Source of the DNA: Candidatus Eremiobacteria bacterium
GTDB lineage: Bacteria; Vulcanimicrobiota; Vulcanimicrobiia; Vulcanimicrobiales; Vulcanimicrobiaceae
DNA: 64,000 nt
Assembly (NCBI GenBank): GCA_963737065.1
Contig: CAVTRC010000001.1
Location: 1,664,001-1,728,000 of the forward strand
Direction of reading: 5' to 3'
Shown: piece by piece, positions 41,656 through 50,047 of the stretch
Layout of the letters: every line of letters starts with the position of its first letter
How positions within the stretch are numbered: position 1 is the first letter of the stretch
Notes under the pieces: model-generated
Databases searched by the model: none
The model's input: only the letters and a program-made list of their open reading frames with translations
What the model was told of the DNA's origin: nothing
Made by a program: the position numbers and the translations under genes

Positions 41656-43607
41656 CCGTGCTCTCCTTGCAATTCATGCCATACACGCAGAATCTCGGCA
41701 ACGCTCCATGCTTGCGCAATTGCGCCGCATTGATCGTACGGCGCATCGCCATCGGTCAATTCTGCAATCGTTCCCACGCCATACGTAGCAACGACGTCCG
41801 CAAACGGTTGCAACCACCGCAACGCGTCGGCGGCATCGGCGCCCGTGTTGTGGCGCGCGCGGAGAAACGTTGCCGTGAGCCACGGCCACGCCGTGCCGCG
41901 ATGATACGCTGCGTCCCGATCGCGCGGAGATCCGCCGTAATGCCCGACGTACGCCGGGTCCGCCGGCGACAACGACCGCACGCTGCACGGCGTGAGCAGC
42001 GTTCGCGCGGCGAGGTCGACGATCGCCGTTTCCTGTTCGGCGCTAAGCGCGCGAAACGGCAAGGCGACGGCGATGAGCGCATTCGGCCTAATCGTCGCAT
42101 CGTTCCCGTCGGGACCGTCGAGCACGTCGAAGAGATACTCCGCCTCATCGTTCCAGAACCGTGCAAACGAACGGTGCACGGACGATGCAAGGTCGCGGTA
42201 ACGCGACGGGTCGCGTGCGACAAGATGCGCGAAGGCCTCCATGGAGCGAAGCGCGTTGTACCAAAGCGCGTTGATTTCAACGGGTTTGCCGATTCGCGGC
42301 GTAACGACCCAATCACCGATTTTTGCGTCCATCCACGTAAGTTGGATGCCCGTCTCGCCCGCGTAGAGCAGTCCGTCGCGTTGATCGACACCAATGTGAT
42401 AGCGGGTACCGCGCGCGTATGAGTTGATGATTTCATCGGCCGCGTCGAAGACCTCGTGCACCAACGATGCGTCCTGCGTTACCGCGTGGTATTGACGCAC
42501 CGCTTCGATGAACCACAACGCCGCATCGACGGCGTTGTACTCGGGTCGTGCACCGCCGTCGGGAAAGCGATTCGGCAGCATGCCGCGATCGATATAGCGC
42601 GCGAACGTCGCCAAAATCGTGCGGCCGATCTCCGGCCTTCCGGTCGTAAGCGTTAGGCCGCCGAGCGCGATCATCGTGTCGCGGCCCCAATCACCGAACC
42701 AGTGATATCCCGCGATCACCGTTTTCCCCGGCGTTCCATCCACGGGCCTGTCGACGATAAATTGATCCGCCGCGAGGACCAACGATTCGATCCATTCGGG
42801 AGCCGTTGAAGCGGAGCGTTGTGTGCGACGCCACCGGTCGAGCAAACCGCTCTCTGATACGCGCGCTTGTGCAAGCTCTGCTTGCGCATCGAACGGCGCG
42901 ACCGCTGCGGTCGAGGCGACGATCGTCAACGATTCACCGGCCGCGAGCGTCGCTTCGATCGTGCACGCATGGTAGTGATCTTCGACGTCGTCTAAACCTC
43001 GTTCCGTTTCACGCGATAACAGAAAGCCGTAATACCACTCGCTCGAGGCCGCAAGCGTGCCGCGATCGATTCGCAGATGCCACGGCACGCCGCCGAGCGC
43101 GACCGTTGCGGTTTGGCCCTCGACCGTCGTCGCATCGCTCACTTCATACGCGCGCGTTAACGAATGATAGTCGCGGTCGTTGGCGTACGCCTTGAGTGAA
43201 ATCGTCACGGGAGTTCGCGCGCGCGCAACGGTGTACCGAACGAAGGTCGTCGATGCACCGCGCATCCAGACGCGCCGTTCGATCAAAGCATCGGCAATGG
43301 CATACGTCCACACCGGTATGCGGCGCTCTAGGCGAAAATCGATGATGAACCGGAAGCCGTCGGGGCCGATGCTGCCGTCATGCCAACGGTTCGCCCCGAG
43401 CGCGATCGCGCAGTTTCCATACTCGATCGATGCATCGAGTTTCGCGAGAAGTACCCGGCGCCCAAGAGGCGGTGCCGTCGCGGCAACGAGCAAACCGTGA
43501 TAACGACGCGTCAGAACGTCCGAAACGGTCCCGGATGCATAGCCTCCGCAACCGTCGGTTACGAGCCACTCGCGGTGTTCCGCGACGTCGAGGTGGCCCC
43601 ACTCCAT
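41652..43607 (-). CDS. Amylo-alpha-1,6-glucosidase (GH133, archaeal-type debranching enzyme)
   Basis: EWLVTDGCGGYASG, AGYHWFGDWGRDT, LTWMDAK, PRIGKPVEINALW and AQAWSVAE motifs. Confidence 0.92.
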   Translation of the reverse strand: MEWGHLDVAEHREWLVTDGCGGYASGTVSDVLTRRYHGLLVAATAPPLGRRVLLAKLDASIEYGNCAIALGANRWHDGSIGPDGFRFIIDFRLERRIPVWTYAIADALIERRVWMRGASTTFVRYTVARARTPVTISLKAYANDRDYHSLTRAYEVSDATTVEGQTATVALGGVPWHLRIDRGTLAASSEWYYGFLLSRETERGLDDVEDHYHACTIEATLAAGESLTIVASTAAVAPFDAQAELAQARVSESGLLDRWRRTQRSASTAPEWIESLVLAADQFIVDRPVDGTPGKTVIAGYHWFGDWGRDTMIALGGLTLTTGRPEIGRTILATFARYIDRGMLPNRFPDGGARPEYNAVDAALWFIEAVRQYHAVTQDASLVHEVFDAADEIINSYARGTRYHIGVDQRDGLLYAGETGIQLTWMDAKIGDWVVTPRIGKPVEINALWYNALRSMEAFAHLVARDPSRYRDLASSVHRSFARFWNDEAEYLFDVLDGPDGNDATIRPNALIAVALPFRALSAEQETAIVDLAARTLLTPCSVRSLSPADPAYVGHYGGSPRDRDAAYHRGTAWPWLTATFLRARHNTGADAADALRWLQPFADVVATYGVGTIAELTDGDAPYDQCGAIAQAWSVAEILRVWHELQGEHG

Positions 43608-43629
43608 TCGGGAGCGGGTTTTATCGCGC

Positions 43630-44187
43630 TTAGAGCGCTCCCTTCAACGCCGCCACGCCGAGCGATTCGCCGGTTTCGGTGAAGAACGAGTTTGTCATCG
43701 CTTTGAAATTCTTGCTCGCATCGGCGCCGTATTTTACGTCGAGATCGAGCAGCACGTCGCCGGCGATCTCCGGCGGGAACAGCGAAGCAAACAAACGTTC
43801 CACCGTGAACACGTGGCGCTGCGTTCCGGCGGATACGAGCGCGGTTGCGAGTTGCGGTCCGGCTAGATCGGGTGCCTTCGACACCGCGACGTCGGCCTTT
43901 CCGGCCTTCTGCCACGCATCGTCCATCGCAAAATCGAACATCGCGACGAATGCGCCCGTATCCCCGAACTGATCGCGCAAGCGCTGCAACTCATCTTGAA
44001 CGGTTGGTGCTCCGAACATCGAATTGAGCGCGCGAACTGTTGAAAAGCTTCCCGCACCGCCGCCGGCCGCGTAAAACGCGCCGGTAAGTCCGGTCGTATG
44101 TTGCGTCACCGCAAGAGTGGGCAGCGTCGTGGTAACGACGAGAGCGAGAAGGGCGCCGGCGAACGCGACGCCGCGCAAGATTGCCAT
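43630..44187 (-). CDS. Exported hypothetical protein, helical with two similar halves
   Basis: Signal peptide; AFYAAGGG...LRDQFG and ALVSAGT...LDVKYG halves. Confidence 0.65.
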   Translation of the reverse strand: MAILRGVAFAGALLALVVTTTLPTLAVTQHTTGLTGAFYAAGGGAGSFSTVRALNSMFGAPTVQDELQRLRDQFGDTGAFVAMFDFAMDDAWQKAGKADVAVSKAPDLAGPQLATALVSAGTQRHVFTVERLFASLFPPEIAGDVLLDLDVKYGADASKNFKAMTNSFFTETGESLGVAALKGAL

Positions 44188-44209
44188 GGGTGGATTATTC
44201 CCAAGTCGA

Positions 44210-45460
44210 CTATCGATTCCGGCACGCATCTGCGCGCCGACGCAAAAATTTTTGATCGCGCTCATTAACCGCAAGTGATGCCGCGCGTTCGAATTCCATT
44301 ATCGCGTCGGTGAAACGCGACATTCGTTCAAACAAGTCACCGCGTACGGCAGGTAAGAGGTAATAGCGGTAAAGCGCCGGTTCGTTCGACAGCTCATCGA
44401 CGAGTGGAACGGCTGCTTCCGGCCCAAACGCCATACCGACCGCGACCGCGCGATTGAGACGCACGACCGGTGTCGGCGATCCTTCGACGAGCGCGTCGTA
44501 CAAAGCGACGATGCGCTGCCAATCGGTGTCTGTAAACCGCGATGCGCGCGCGTGGCACGCAGCAACTGCGGCTTGCAAACCATACGGACCAAGAGCGCCA
44601 CATTCGCGTGCGCGTTGGAGTTCGGCGAGACCGCGACGGATCGACGACCGGTCCCATCGCGAGCGGTCCTGATCGGCAAGCAGCACCGGATTGCCATGGG
44701 CGTCGACGCGCGCAGCTGAATGCGAGAATTGTAACTCCATGAGCGCCACCAGGCCATGCACCTCGCTCTCCTCGCCCACGAGGTGCGTCATGACGCGTCC
44801 AAGGCGAAGTGCGTCTTCGCAGAGCGACGGCCGCACCGTGTTCTCACCGGTCGTTGCCGAATAACCTTCATTGAAAATTAAGTAGATGACTTCAAGCACG
44901 CTTGCGACGCGCGAGAGCCGTTCGTGCGCGGTTGGAAGTTCGAACGGAATAGCGGCTTCGCTCAAGGAACGCTTCGCTCGCACAATGCGCTGCGCGATCG
45001 TCGGTTCCGATGTCAGGAACGCCCGCGCGATCTCGGAGGTCGTCAGTCCACCGACAAGGCGAAGCGTCAGCGCGACACGCGCTTCTTTCGACAGCACGGG
45101 ATGGCACGTGATGAACATCAATCGGAGCATCTCATCACCGACGTCTTGATCCAGCATTTCGATCTCGCCTTCGATCGACGCCGATGCCGGCGTCGAGCGC
45201 GCAAGTTCGCCCGTTTTCAACTGCAGCGTTGCTTCGCGGCGGTATCGGTCCGCCGCTCGACGCTTGGCGGTCGTCGTGAGCCACGCGCCGGGATTGATTG
45301 GGATTCCTTGCGCCGGCCATTGCTCCAGGGCGCAGACGAAAGCGTCGTGAGCGATGTCCTCAGCGAGTGCGAGATCGCGCGTGAGCCGCATGAGAGATGC
45401 GATGAGCTGAGGCGACTCGATCCGCCAAATCGTTTCGAGCCGCCGCTCGAAGTCACTCAT
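44210..45460 (-). CDS. ECF42-type RNA polymerase sigma factor with TPR-like C-terminal extension
   Basis: LAED...ALEQWP, LRLMFITCHP, IAQRIVRAKR, YLIFNEGY and LQAAVAACH; preceded by DGPF genes. Confidence 0.92.
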   Translation of the reverse strand: MSDFERRLETIWRIESPQLIASLMRLTRDLALAEDIAHDAFVCALEQWPAQGIPINPGAWLTTTAKRRAADRYRREATLQLKTGELARSTPASASIEGEIEMLDQDVGDEMLRLMFITCHPVLSKEARVALTLRLVGGLTTSEIARAFLTSEPTIAQRIVRAKRSLSEAAIPFELPTAHERLSRVASVLEVIYLIFNEGYSATTGENTVRPSLCEDALRLGRVMTHLVGEESEVHGLVALMELQFSHSAARVDAHGNPVLLADQDRSRWDRSSIRRGLAELQRARECGALGPYGLQAAVAACHARASRFTDTDWQRIVALYDALVEGSPTPVVRLNRAVAVGMAFGPEAAVPLVDELSNEPALYRYYLLPAVRGDLFERMSRFTDAIMEFERAASLAVNERDQKFLRRRADACRNR

Positions 45461-45463
45461 CGA

Positions 45464-45814
45464 TCAATCGAGAGCGCTGATAACCTCGATCAGCTCGCAC
45501 TCGCCGTGCCCGGTGACGGCGAGAAATTGCTCCGTCAGTTCGAGTGCCCGCTCGCGGGAGGGAACGTTGAACAGCGCATATCCGCCGACGAGCTCCTTGG
45601 TCTCCGCGAACGGTCCGTCCGTGACGCTGAACGTTCCACCGCCGGTCACGCGCACGCGCGCCAGCATCCCGCTCGGCACGACACCGCCCGTGTCCACCAA
45701 CTCGCCGGACGCGATGAATTCTGCGATGAGCTTGCCCATCTTCTCGTGCATGTCCGGCGATGGTCCGCTTTCGAAGTTTTTCGGATCCGTGCGATAGATC
45801 GAAACGATCTTCAT
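45464..45814 (-). CDS. YciI/DGPF family protein
   Basis: TDGPFAETKELVGGY motif. Confidence 0.9.
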   Translation of the reverse strand: MKIVSIYRTDPKNFESGPSPDMHEKMGKLIAEFIASGELVDTGGVVPSGMLARVRVTGGGTFSVTDGPFAETKELVGGYALFNVPSRERALELTEQFLAVTGHGECELIEVISALD

Positions 45815-46230
45815 TTACCAAGCCCTCCGATTCTCAGAGCCGCTTCTTGTTCGCGAAGCTCCGGCGTGAATGCGTCTCCGAGATCGTCCGCCTCATAGAG
45901 TGCGCGGATCTCGAGCACGTCGCCGTTATCGAAGCACGGTGCCTGCCGAAACCATTCGACGGCTTCTTCAAGCGACTTCATTTGCACGAGCCAGTAGCCC
46001 GCAATGAGCTCTTTGGTCTCGGCAAACGGCCCGTCGATGACGGTTCGTTTATCACCGTCGAACCTGATACGCGCGCCTTGCGAACTGGGCTTGAGCCCGT
46101 CACCCTCCAAGAGGAGGCCGGCCTTTGCGAGTCGCTCGTTGAACGCGCCCATCGCGGTTAGCTCTTCGGTGGTGGGAAGGTCGCCTGACTCGATTTTCGC
46201 GTTCGACCGGACCATGACCATGAACCGCAT
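45811..46230 (-). CDS. YciI/DGPF family protein
   Basis: IDGPFAETKELIAGYW motif; ATG 46230 after AAGGAG. Confidence 0.92.
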   Translation of the reverse strand: MRFMVMVRSNAKIESGDLPTTEELTAMGAFNERLAKAGLLLEGDGLKPSSQGARIRFDGDKRTVIDGPFAETKELIAGYWLVQMKSLEEAVEWFRQAPCFDNGDVLEIRALYEADDLGDAFTPELREQEAALRIGGLGK

Positions 46231-46255
46231 GTGGATCTCCTTATTTGGTGTTGTT

Positions 46256-46921
46256 CTACCAGGAACGTCGAACGGCCGGTGATGGAATCGACACGGGGGT
46301 CGAACTATCTCGCAACCGAGCCCAGCGCTCAACGAAAAAGGTCTTCGCGCCGTCCGGCGCCGTGGTGAGGTAGCCGCGGACAACGATTGAGGCTTGCGGG
46401 GCGGAGGTTAGTGTGCGCGCGAGACGGATCGTCCCAGTCTGATCGCTCAACTGCGCTTTTGCCGCATCGACGGTGCCGGCGATCGTCACTTCGTCGCCTT
46501 CTTTGATTTTCGTTAAGGCGGCGACCGGAACCGCATTGATGAAGCGTATCGGAACCGACGTTTCAGCTTGCGTTGTGATCGTCAACATGCGCGCGCGCAG
46601 CGTATACGCGCCCGGTGCGGGAGCCGCTCCGTCGCTCGCGATGCCGTTCCATATAAACACCGCGAGCACGTTCGGGCCTGGTGCAAACGAACGGGTATGC
46701 GGCGGAAAGCGCACGGTCTCGGGCGTCGGCCGCAACGACGTCCACACCACGTCCGAGCCGTGCAGCAAGTCGAGCTCGTATTGCGCCGGCGATGAAAACG
46801 TTGCGTTCACCGGCATTTTTGCGGAATTGTGCGCAACGACTTCGATGTTCACGGCATCGAGAACGTCAAACGTTGCCCGTTGAAGCTGAAGCGAAAGAGT
46901 CAACGCCGCTGCGAAAAACAT
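46256..46921 (-). CDS. Exported protein with a BsuPI (intracellular proteinase inhibitor)-like domain
   Basis: FSSPAQYELDL...VVWTS...WNG...GAYTLRA pattern. Confidence 0.6.
   Translation of the reverse strand: MFFAAALTLSLQLQRATFDVLDAVNIEVVAHNSAKMPVNATFSSPAQYELDLLHGSDVVWTSLRPTPETVRFPPHTRSFAPGPNVLAVFIWNGIASDGAAPAPGAYTLRARMLTITTQAETSVPIRFINAVPVAALTKIKEGDEVTIAGTVDAAKAQLSDQTGTIRLARTLTSAPQASIVVRGYLTTAPDGAKTFFVERWARLRDSSTPVSIPSPAVRRSW
46267..46293 (-). promoter_or_regulatory. ECF42-type autoregulatory promoter
   Basis: Minus strand TGTCGA, 17-nt spacer, CGAC, upstream of the yciI-yciI-ECF operon; matches the ECF42 TGTCGA/CG(A/T)C motif as I recall it. Confidence 0.7.
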
Positions 46922-48251
46922 GAAGCAGTCCCTTTGATAACGAGATGGGTTGAAGGTACGTTGCCGTGTCGATGAACGCTTCCTCGTCGATGACCACGAG
47001 ATCGGCGATCATTCCTTCGCATATTTGCCCGCGGTCGCGTATAGCGAAGCTCTTCGACGGCAGCGACGTCATGCGGCGCACCGCTTCTTCAAGCGCGAGC
47101 ACCCTTCGCCGGCGCACAAAGCGTCCGAAGATGCGGGGAAACGTGCCGTACGCGCGTGGGTGAATCAAGCCGAAGATTTGTTCGTCGCCGCTATAGCTGG
47201 GCGCCGCCGTTCCGATCGCGCAAAAATCGGCCGAGAGTGCCAGTGCGACATCGTCTTCCTTCAAGCAGAAATGAAATGCGCGCGCAGCATGTCGTTCGCC
47301 GGCGATGAAATCGACGACCGCGCGTGCCGGCGTTCGCCACGTCTGCTTTGCGATCTCATCGAATCGCATCCCGCACCACGCGATGCGCTCTTCGCTGCCC
47401 ACTTCTGCGAGCATCACGTCCTGCCATATATCACCCAGACGCGCCTGCATCTCGATCGTGACAGCAGCGGCTAACGCGTCGTCGCGCAGCATCTCCGGTG
47501 TAACGCCCGGAGGAAGCAACGACGAGAGTTCGATCCACGCCGCGGTGTACGGCGTCACATCGCACGTAATCGACACACCGCGCGTGCGGGCGCGATCGAT
47601 TCGTTCGAGCGTTCGTTCCATTCGCCCGGTCTCGTGCGGATACACGACGTGATGATTGCGGATGTGTACGTGAACCATTGCGCGTTCGGCGAGCGCGATC
47701 GCTTCATCGACGGCATCGATGACGGCGTTGCCGTTGTCGCGAATGCGAACGGAGACGCGCGGCGCTCCGGAACCCGAAGCGGTTTTGGCGAGTGAGACTG
47801 CTGCATCGAGCGGCGTGACCGCCAGGTCGATTGCGACGCCCGCCGCGCCCGCTGCAATCGCGGCCTCGACCGCGCTTTCCGCAAGAAAAGTGCCGTGGGT
47901 CCCGTGCTCCCGGGCGGCCGCTAGGGCAAACAGCTCCTCAATCGGGATGCGTTCGTCCCAATGATCCATCAAGGGAGCGGTGGAAAGCCCTGTTATCTCT
48001 CCGGTGATTCCTTGGCTGCTCTTCGAATTTGCTTGAAAACCGGCGAGCCACTTCCGGCCGGTATGGGAACAAGCATCTATGAAGCCCGGCGCCACAACTT
48101 TTCCTCGGCAATCATAGCGCCGCCGGGCGTCACGGTCGGAGCAATCACCGATGAGCGCAATGCGATCTTCGGCGAGCGCGATGTCCGTTGAAAATCGAGG
48201 TCGCCCCAATCCGTCAACGATTGAGGCGCCCTCTAAAACCGTCGTAATCAC
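46866..48251 (-). CDS. N-acyl-D-amino-acid deacylase family amidohydrolase with a degenerate metal site
   Basis: IVDGLG, VVAPGFID, HPRAYGTFPR, LEEAVRRMTSLP and ADLVV; the usual metal ligands are substituted. Confidence 0.85.
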   Translation of the reverse strand: MITTVLEGASIVDGLGRPRFSTDIALAEDRIALIGDCSDRDARRRYDCRGKVVAPGFIDACSHTGRKWLAGFQANSKSSQGITGEITGLSTAPLMDHWDERIPIEELFALAAAREHGTHGTFLAESAVEAAIAAGAAGVAIDLAVTPLDAAVSLAKTASGSGAPRVSVRIRDNGNAVIDAVDEAIALAERAMVHVHIRNHHVVYPHETGRMERTLERIDRARTRGVSITCDVTPYTAAWIELSSLLPPGVTPEMLRDDALAAAVTIEMQARLGDIWQDVMLAEVGSEERIAWCGMRFDEIAKQTWRTPARAVVDFIAGERHAARAFHFCLKEDDVALALSADFCAIGTAAPSYSGDEQIFGLIHPRAYGTFPRIFGRFVRRRRVLALEEAVRRMTSLPSKSFAIRDRGQICEGMIADLVVIDEEAFIDTATYLQPISLSKGLLHVFRSGVDSFASASTGNV

Positions 48252-48266
48252 GCTAGGAAATTCCTT

Positions 48267-48292
48267 GGTTTACCGAGCGGTTGGGCGGGCAA
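48267..48292 (+). promoter_or_regulatory. SigB/SigF-like promoter of the KGG genes
   Basis: GGTTTA, 14-nt spacer, GGGCAA, about 40 nt upstream of ATG 48334. Confidence 0.55.
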
Positions 48293-48333
48293 TAAGTACC
48301 TTCGCATACTTCTTTCGAGGTGAATAACAAATA

Positions 48334-48552
48334 ATGGCGATGCAAGAAGACCCGCAGGGCGGTATGAGCGTTCGCGAAGCCGGTCGCCGCGGCGGCGAAC
48401 GAGTCAAAGCCAAGTATGGCACGGAGTTTTACGAAGAGATCGGACGTAAGGGTGGTGAAGCCACCAAGACAAAGTACGGTCCGTCGTTCTACGAAGTCAT
48501 CGGCCAAAAAGGCGGCCAAAAACCGAAGCGCAAGTCTGGTTCTTCGTCTTAG
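48334..48552 (+). CDS. KGG-repeat (GsiB/Em-like) general stress protein
   Basis: MSVREAGRRGG...FYEEIGRKGG repeats. Confidence 0.9.
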   Translation: MAMQEDPQGGMSVREAGRRGGERVKAKYGTEFYEEIGRKGGEATKTKYGPSFYEVIGQKGGQKPKRKSGSSS

Positions 48553-48587
48553 CGCGCATTCATCTCGGGTGACCACGATCGGGAGTT

Positions 48588-48917
48588 ATGGCTGACAAAA
48601 AGGGCGACCCGGACGACCGTAAGGAAATGTCCGTTCGCGAAGCCGGCAAGAAGGGCGGAGATACCGTTCGAGATCGCTACGGTTCGACGTTCTACGAAGA
48701 GATCGGCCGAAAAGGCGGCAAGGCGACGCGAGATCGCCATGGCGTCGAATTTTATGAGTCCATCGGACAAAAAGGCGGGAAGGTCGTTAAGGATAAGTAC
48801 GGACCCGACTTTTACGAAGAAATCGGCCACAAGGGCGGTCAAAAAGTCAAGAAATTGATTGCCGAAGCTAAAAAGAAACTCGAAGAGCCCGGCAGCGAGC
48901 CGGGAACGGAAGAATAA
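48588..48917 (+). CDS. KGG-repeat (GsiB/Em-like) general stress protein
   Basis: Three 22-aa FYE(E/S)IGxKGG repeats. Confidence 0.92.
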   Translation: MADKKGDPDDRKEMSVREAGKKGGDTVRDRYGSTFYEEIGRKGGKATRDRHGVEFYESIGQKGGKVVKDKYGPDFYEEIGHKGGQKVKKLIAEAKKKLEEPGSEPGTEE

Positions 48918-48923
48918 CCGGAA

Positions 48924-49430
48924 TTATTTGCAGGCGCCGGCGGCAATTAGCCGCCGTGCCTCGCTTCCAACCGTCTCGGCCGGCACGCTTCCATCAGGTT
49001 GAAGCGTCATCGCAAGTTTGCCGCGTGTACTCCACGCGACGCCGTCCGGCTTGTAGTGCGCAACCGCACACGGCGCATGCGTGATGTCCTGACCGCGCAA
49101 AAATAGCAAGTCGAAGTTCTGCTTCGGCCACTCGGAAAGCAGCCACGTCATGCGGTTGTTCTCATACTCTATCGCGACGCCGCGGTTCGCCGGCGTATCC
49201 TGGTCGCCTAGCGGCGGAATCACCGCGTACTTCAGAACGTGCGGCTCCGGCGGAATCCACGGCCGGTATGAAATTTTCGTCACCGCCTGTTCTAAGGGCA
49301 TCACGATGCCGCGGTCGTCGATCATCAATGGCGCGGACGACGGAGTTGGCGCGGCCGCTTGCCCGATGTGGCAGCCCGCCGGAGCAAGCACGAGCAGCAC
49401 GCTTATAAGAAGCGAGCGGTGAGGGTGCAT
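48924..49430 (-). CDS. Hypothetical lipoprotein
   Basis: LLVLAPAGC lipobox-like leader and Pro/Ser/Thr linker. Confidence 0.6.
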   Translation of the reverse strand: MHPHRSLLISVLLVLAPAGCHIGQAAAPTPSSAPLMIDDRGIVMPLEQAVTKISYRPWIPPEPHVLKYAVIPPLGDQDTPANRGVAIEYENNRMTWLLSEWPKQNFDLLFLRGQDITHAPCAVAHYKPDGVAWSTRGKLAMTLQPDGSVPAETVGSEARRLIAAGACK

Positions 49431-49489
49431 GCCATCAGTATCGGTTAGGGCAGGCGAGCGCTTCATCCATCGGGGCGGGGAGCGCGAGA

Positions 49490-50047
49490 TTATTTTTCGA
49501 GCTCGAACCCGCCCGAGATGCCGCCGAGATGGATGCTGCCCGTATCGAAGTTAATCGTCACGCTTTGCAGCTTTAGCGTCTGATCGCCCGAGTGGATGTA
49601 ACTCGGATGATCCATGCGCAACATTTTTGCGCCGTTCGTCCAAACAACGAGGTCCGTGTCGAACGTACGATGCTGCGGATCGTCGATCATCACCACGTGT
49701 ACCGTGCCGAGTGCGGTGAAGTTCAATGATTGCGTATCGATGCTGATGTGTTGCGCCGCGACGCGTAGATACGGCTTGCCTTTGCGCAGCACGATGCCGT
49801 TGCGCACGCCGTCCACCGTGCCCGTTGTGCCGTCCGGTGAGAGATGCGCGCTCTTGTAGTCGAAACTCCACGATTTCGTCGAGATGCGATTTCCCTGCAC
49901 GTGGCCGCCGTGCAACGTAATGCCGTTTTGCGTCGTCGGCAGCGGCGGCGTGCCGTGACCCGCGAGAATCACTTCGGTCACGACATACACGAGCACGGCT
50001 GCACCGGCGAGCCATCCGAGGATCTTCCATCCGAATCTAGATCGCAC
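49490..50047 (-). CDS. LptC-like (beta-jellyroll) protein
   Basis: Single N-terminal TM segment, then beta-rich sequence (FTALGTVHV, FDTDLVVW). Confidence 0.55.
   Translation of the reverse strand: MRSRFGWKILGWLAGAAVLVYVVTEVILAGHGTPPLPTTQNGITLHGGHVQGNRISTKSWSFDYKSAHLSPDGTTGTVDGVRNGIVLRKGKPYLRVAAQHISIDTQSLNFTALGTVHVVMIDDPQHRTFDTDLVVWTNGAKMLRMDHPSYIHSGDQTLKLQSVTINFDTGSIHLGGISGGFELEK

Noticed and set aside
48334..48917. 66-bp periodic repeats as a CRISPR array
   Set aside because: They are in-frame coding KGG repeats with synonymous variation; no unique spacers or cas genes.
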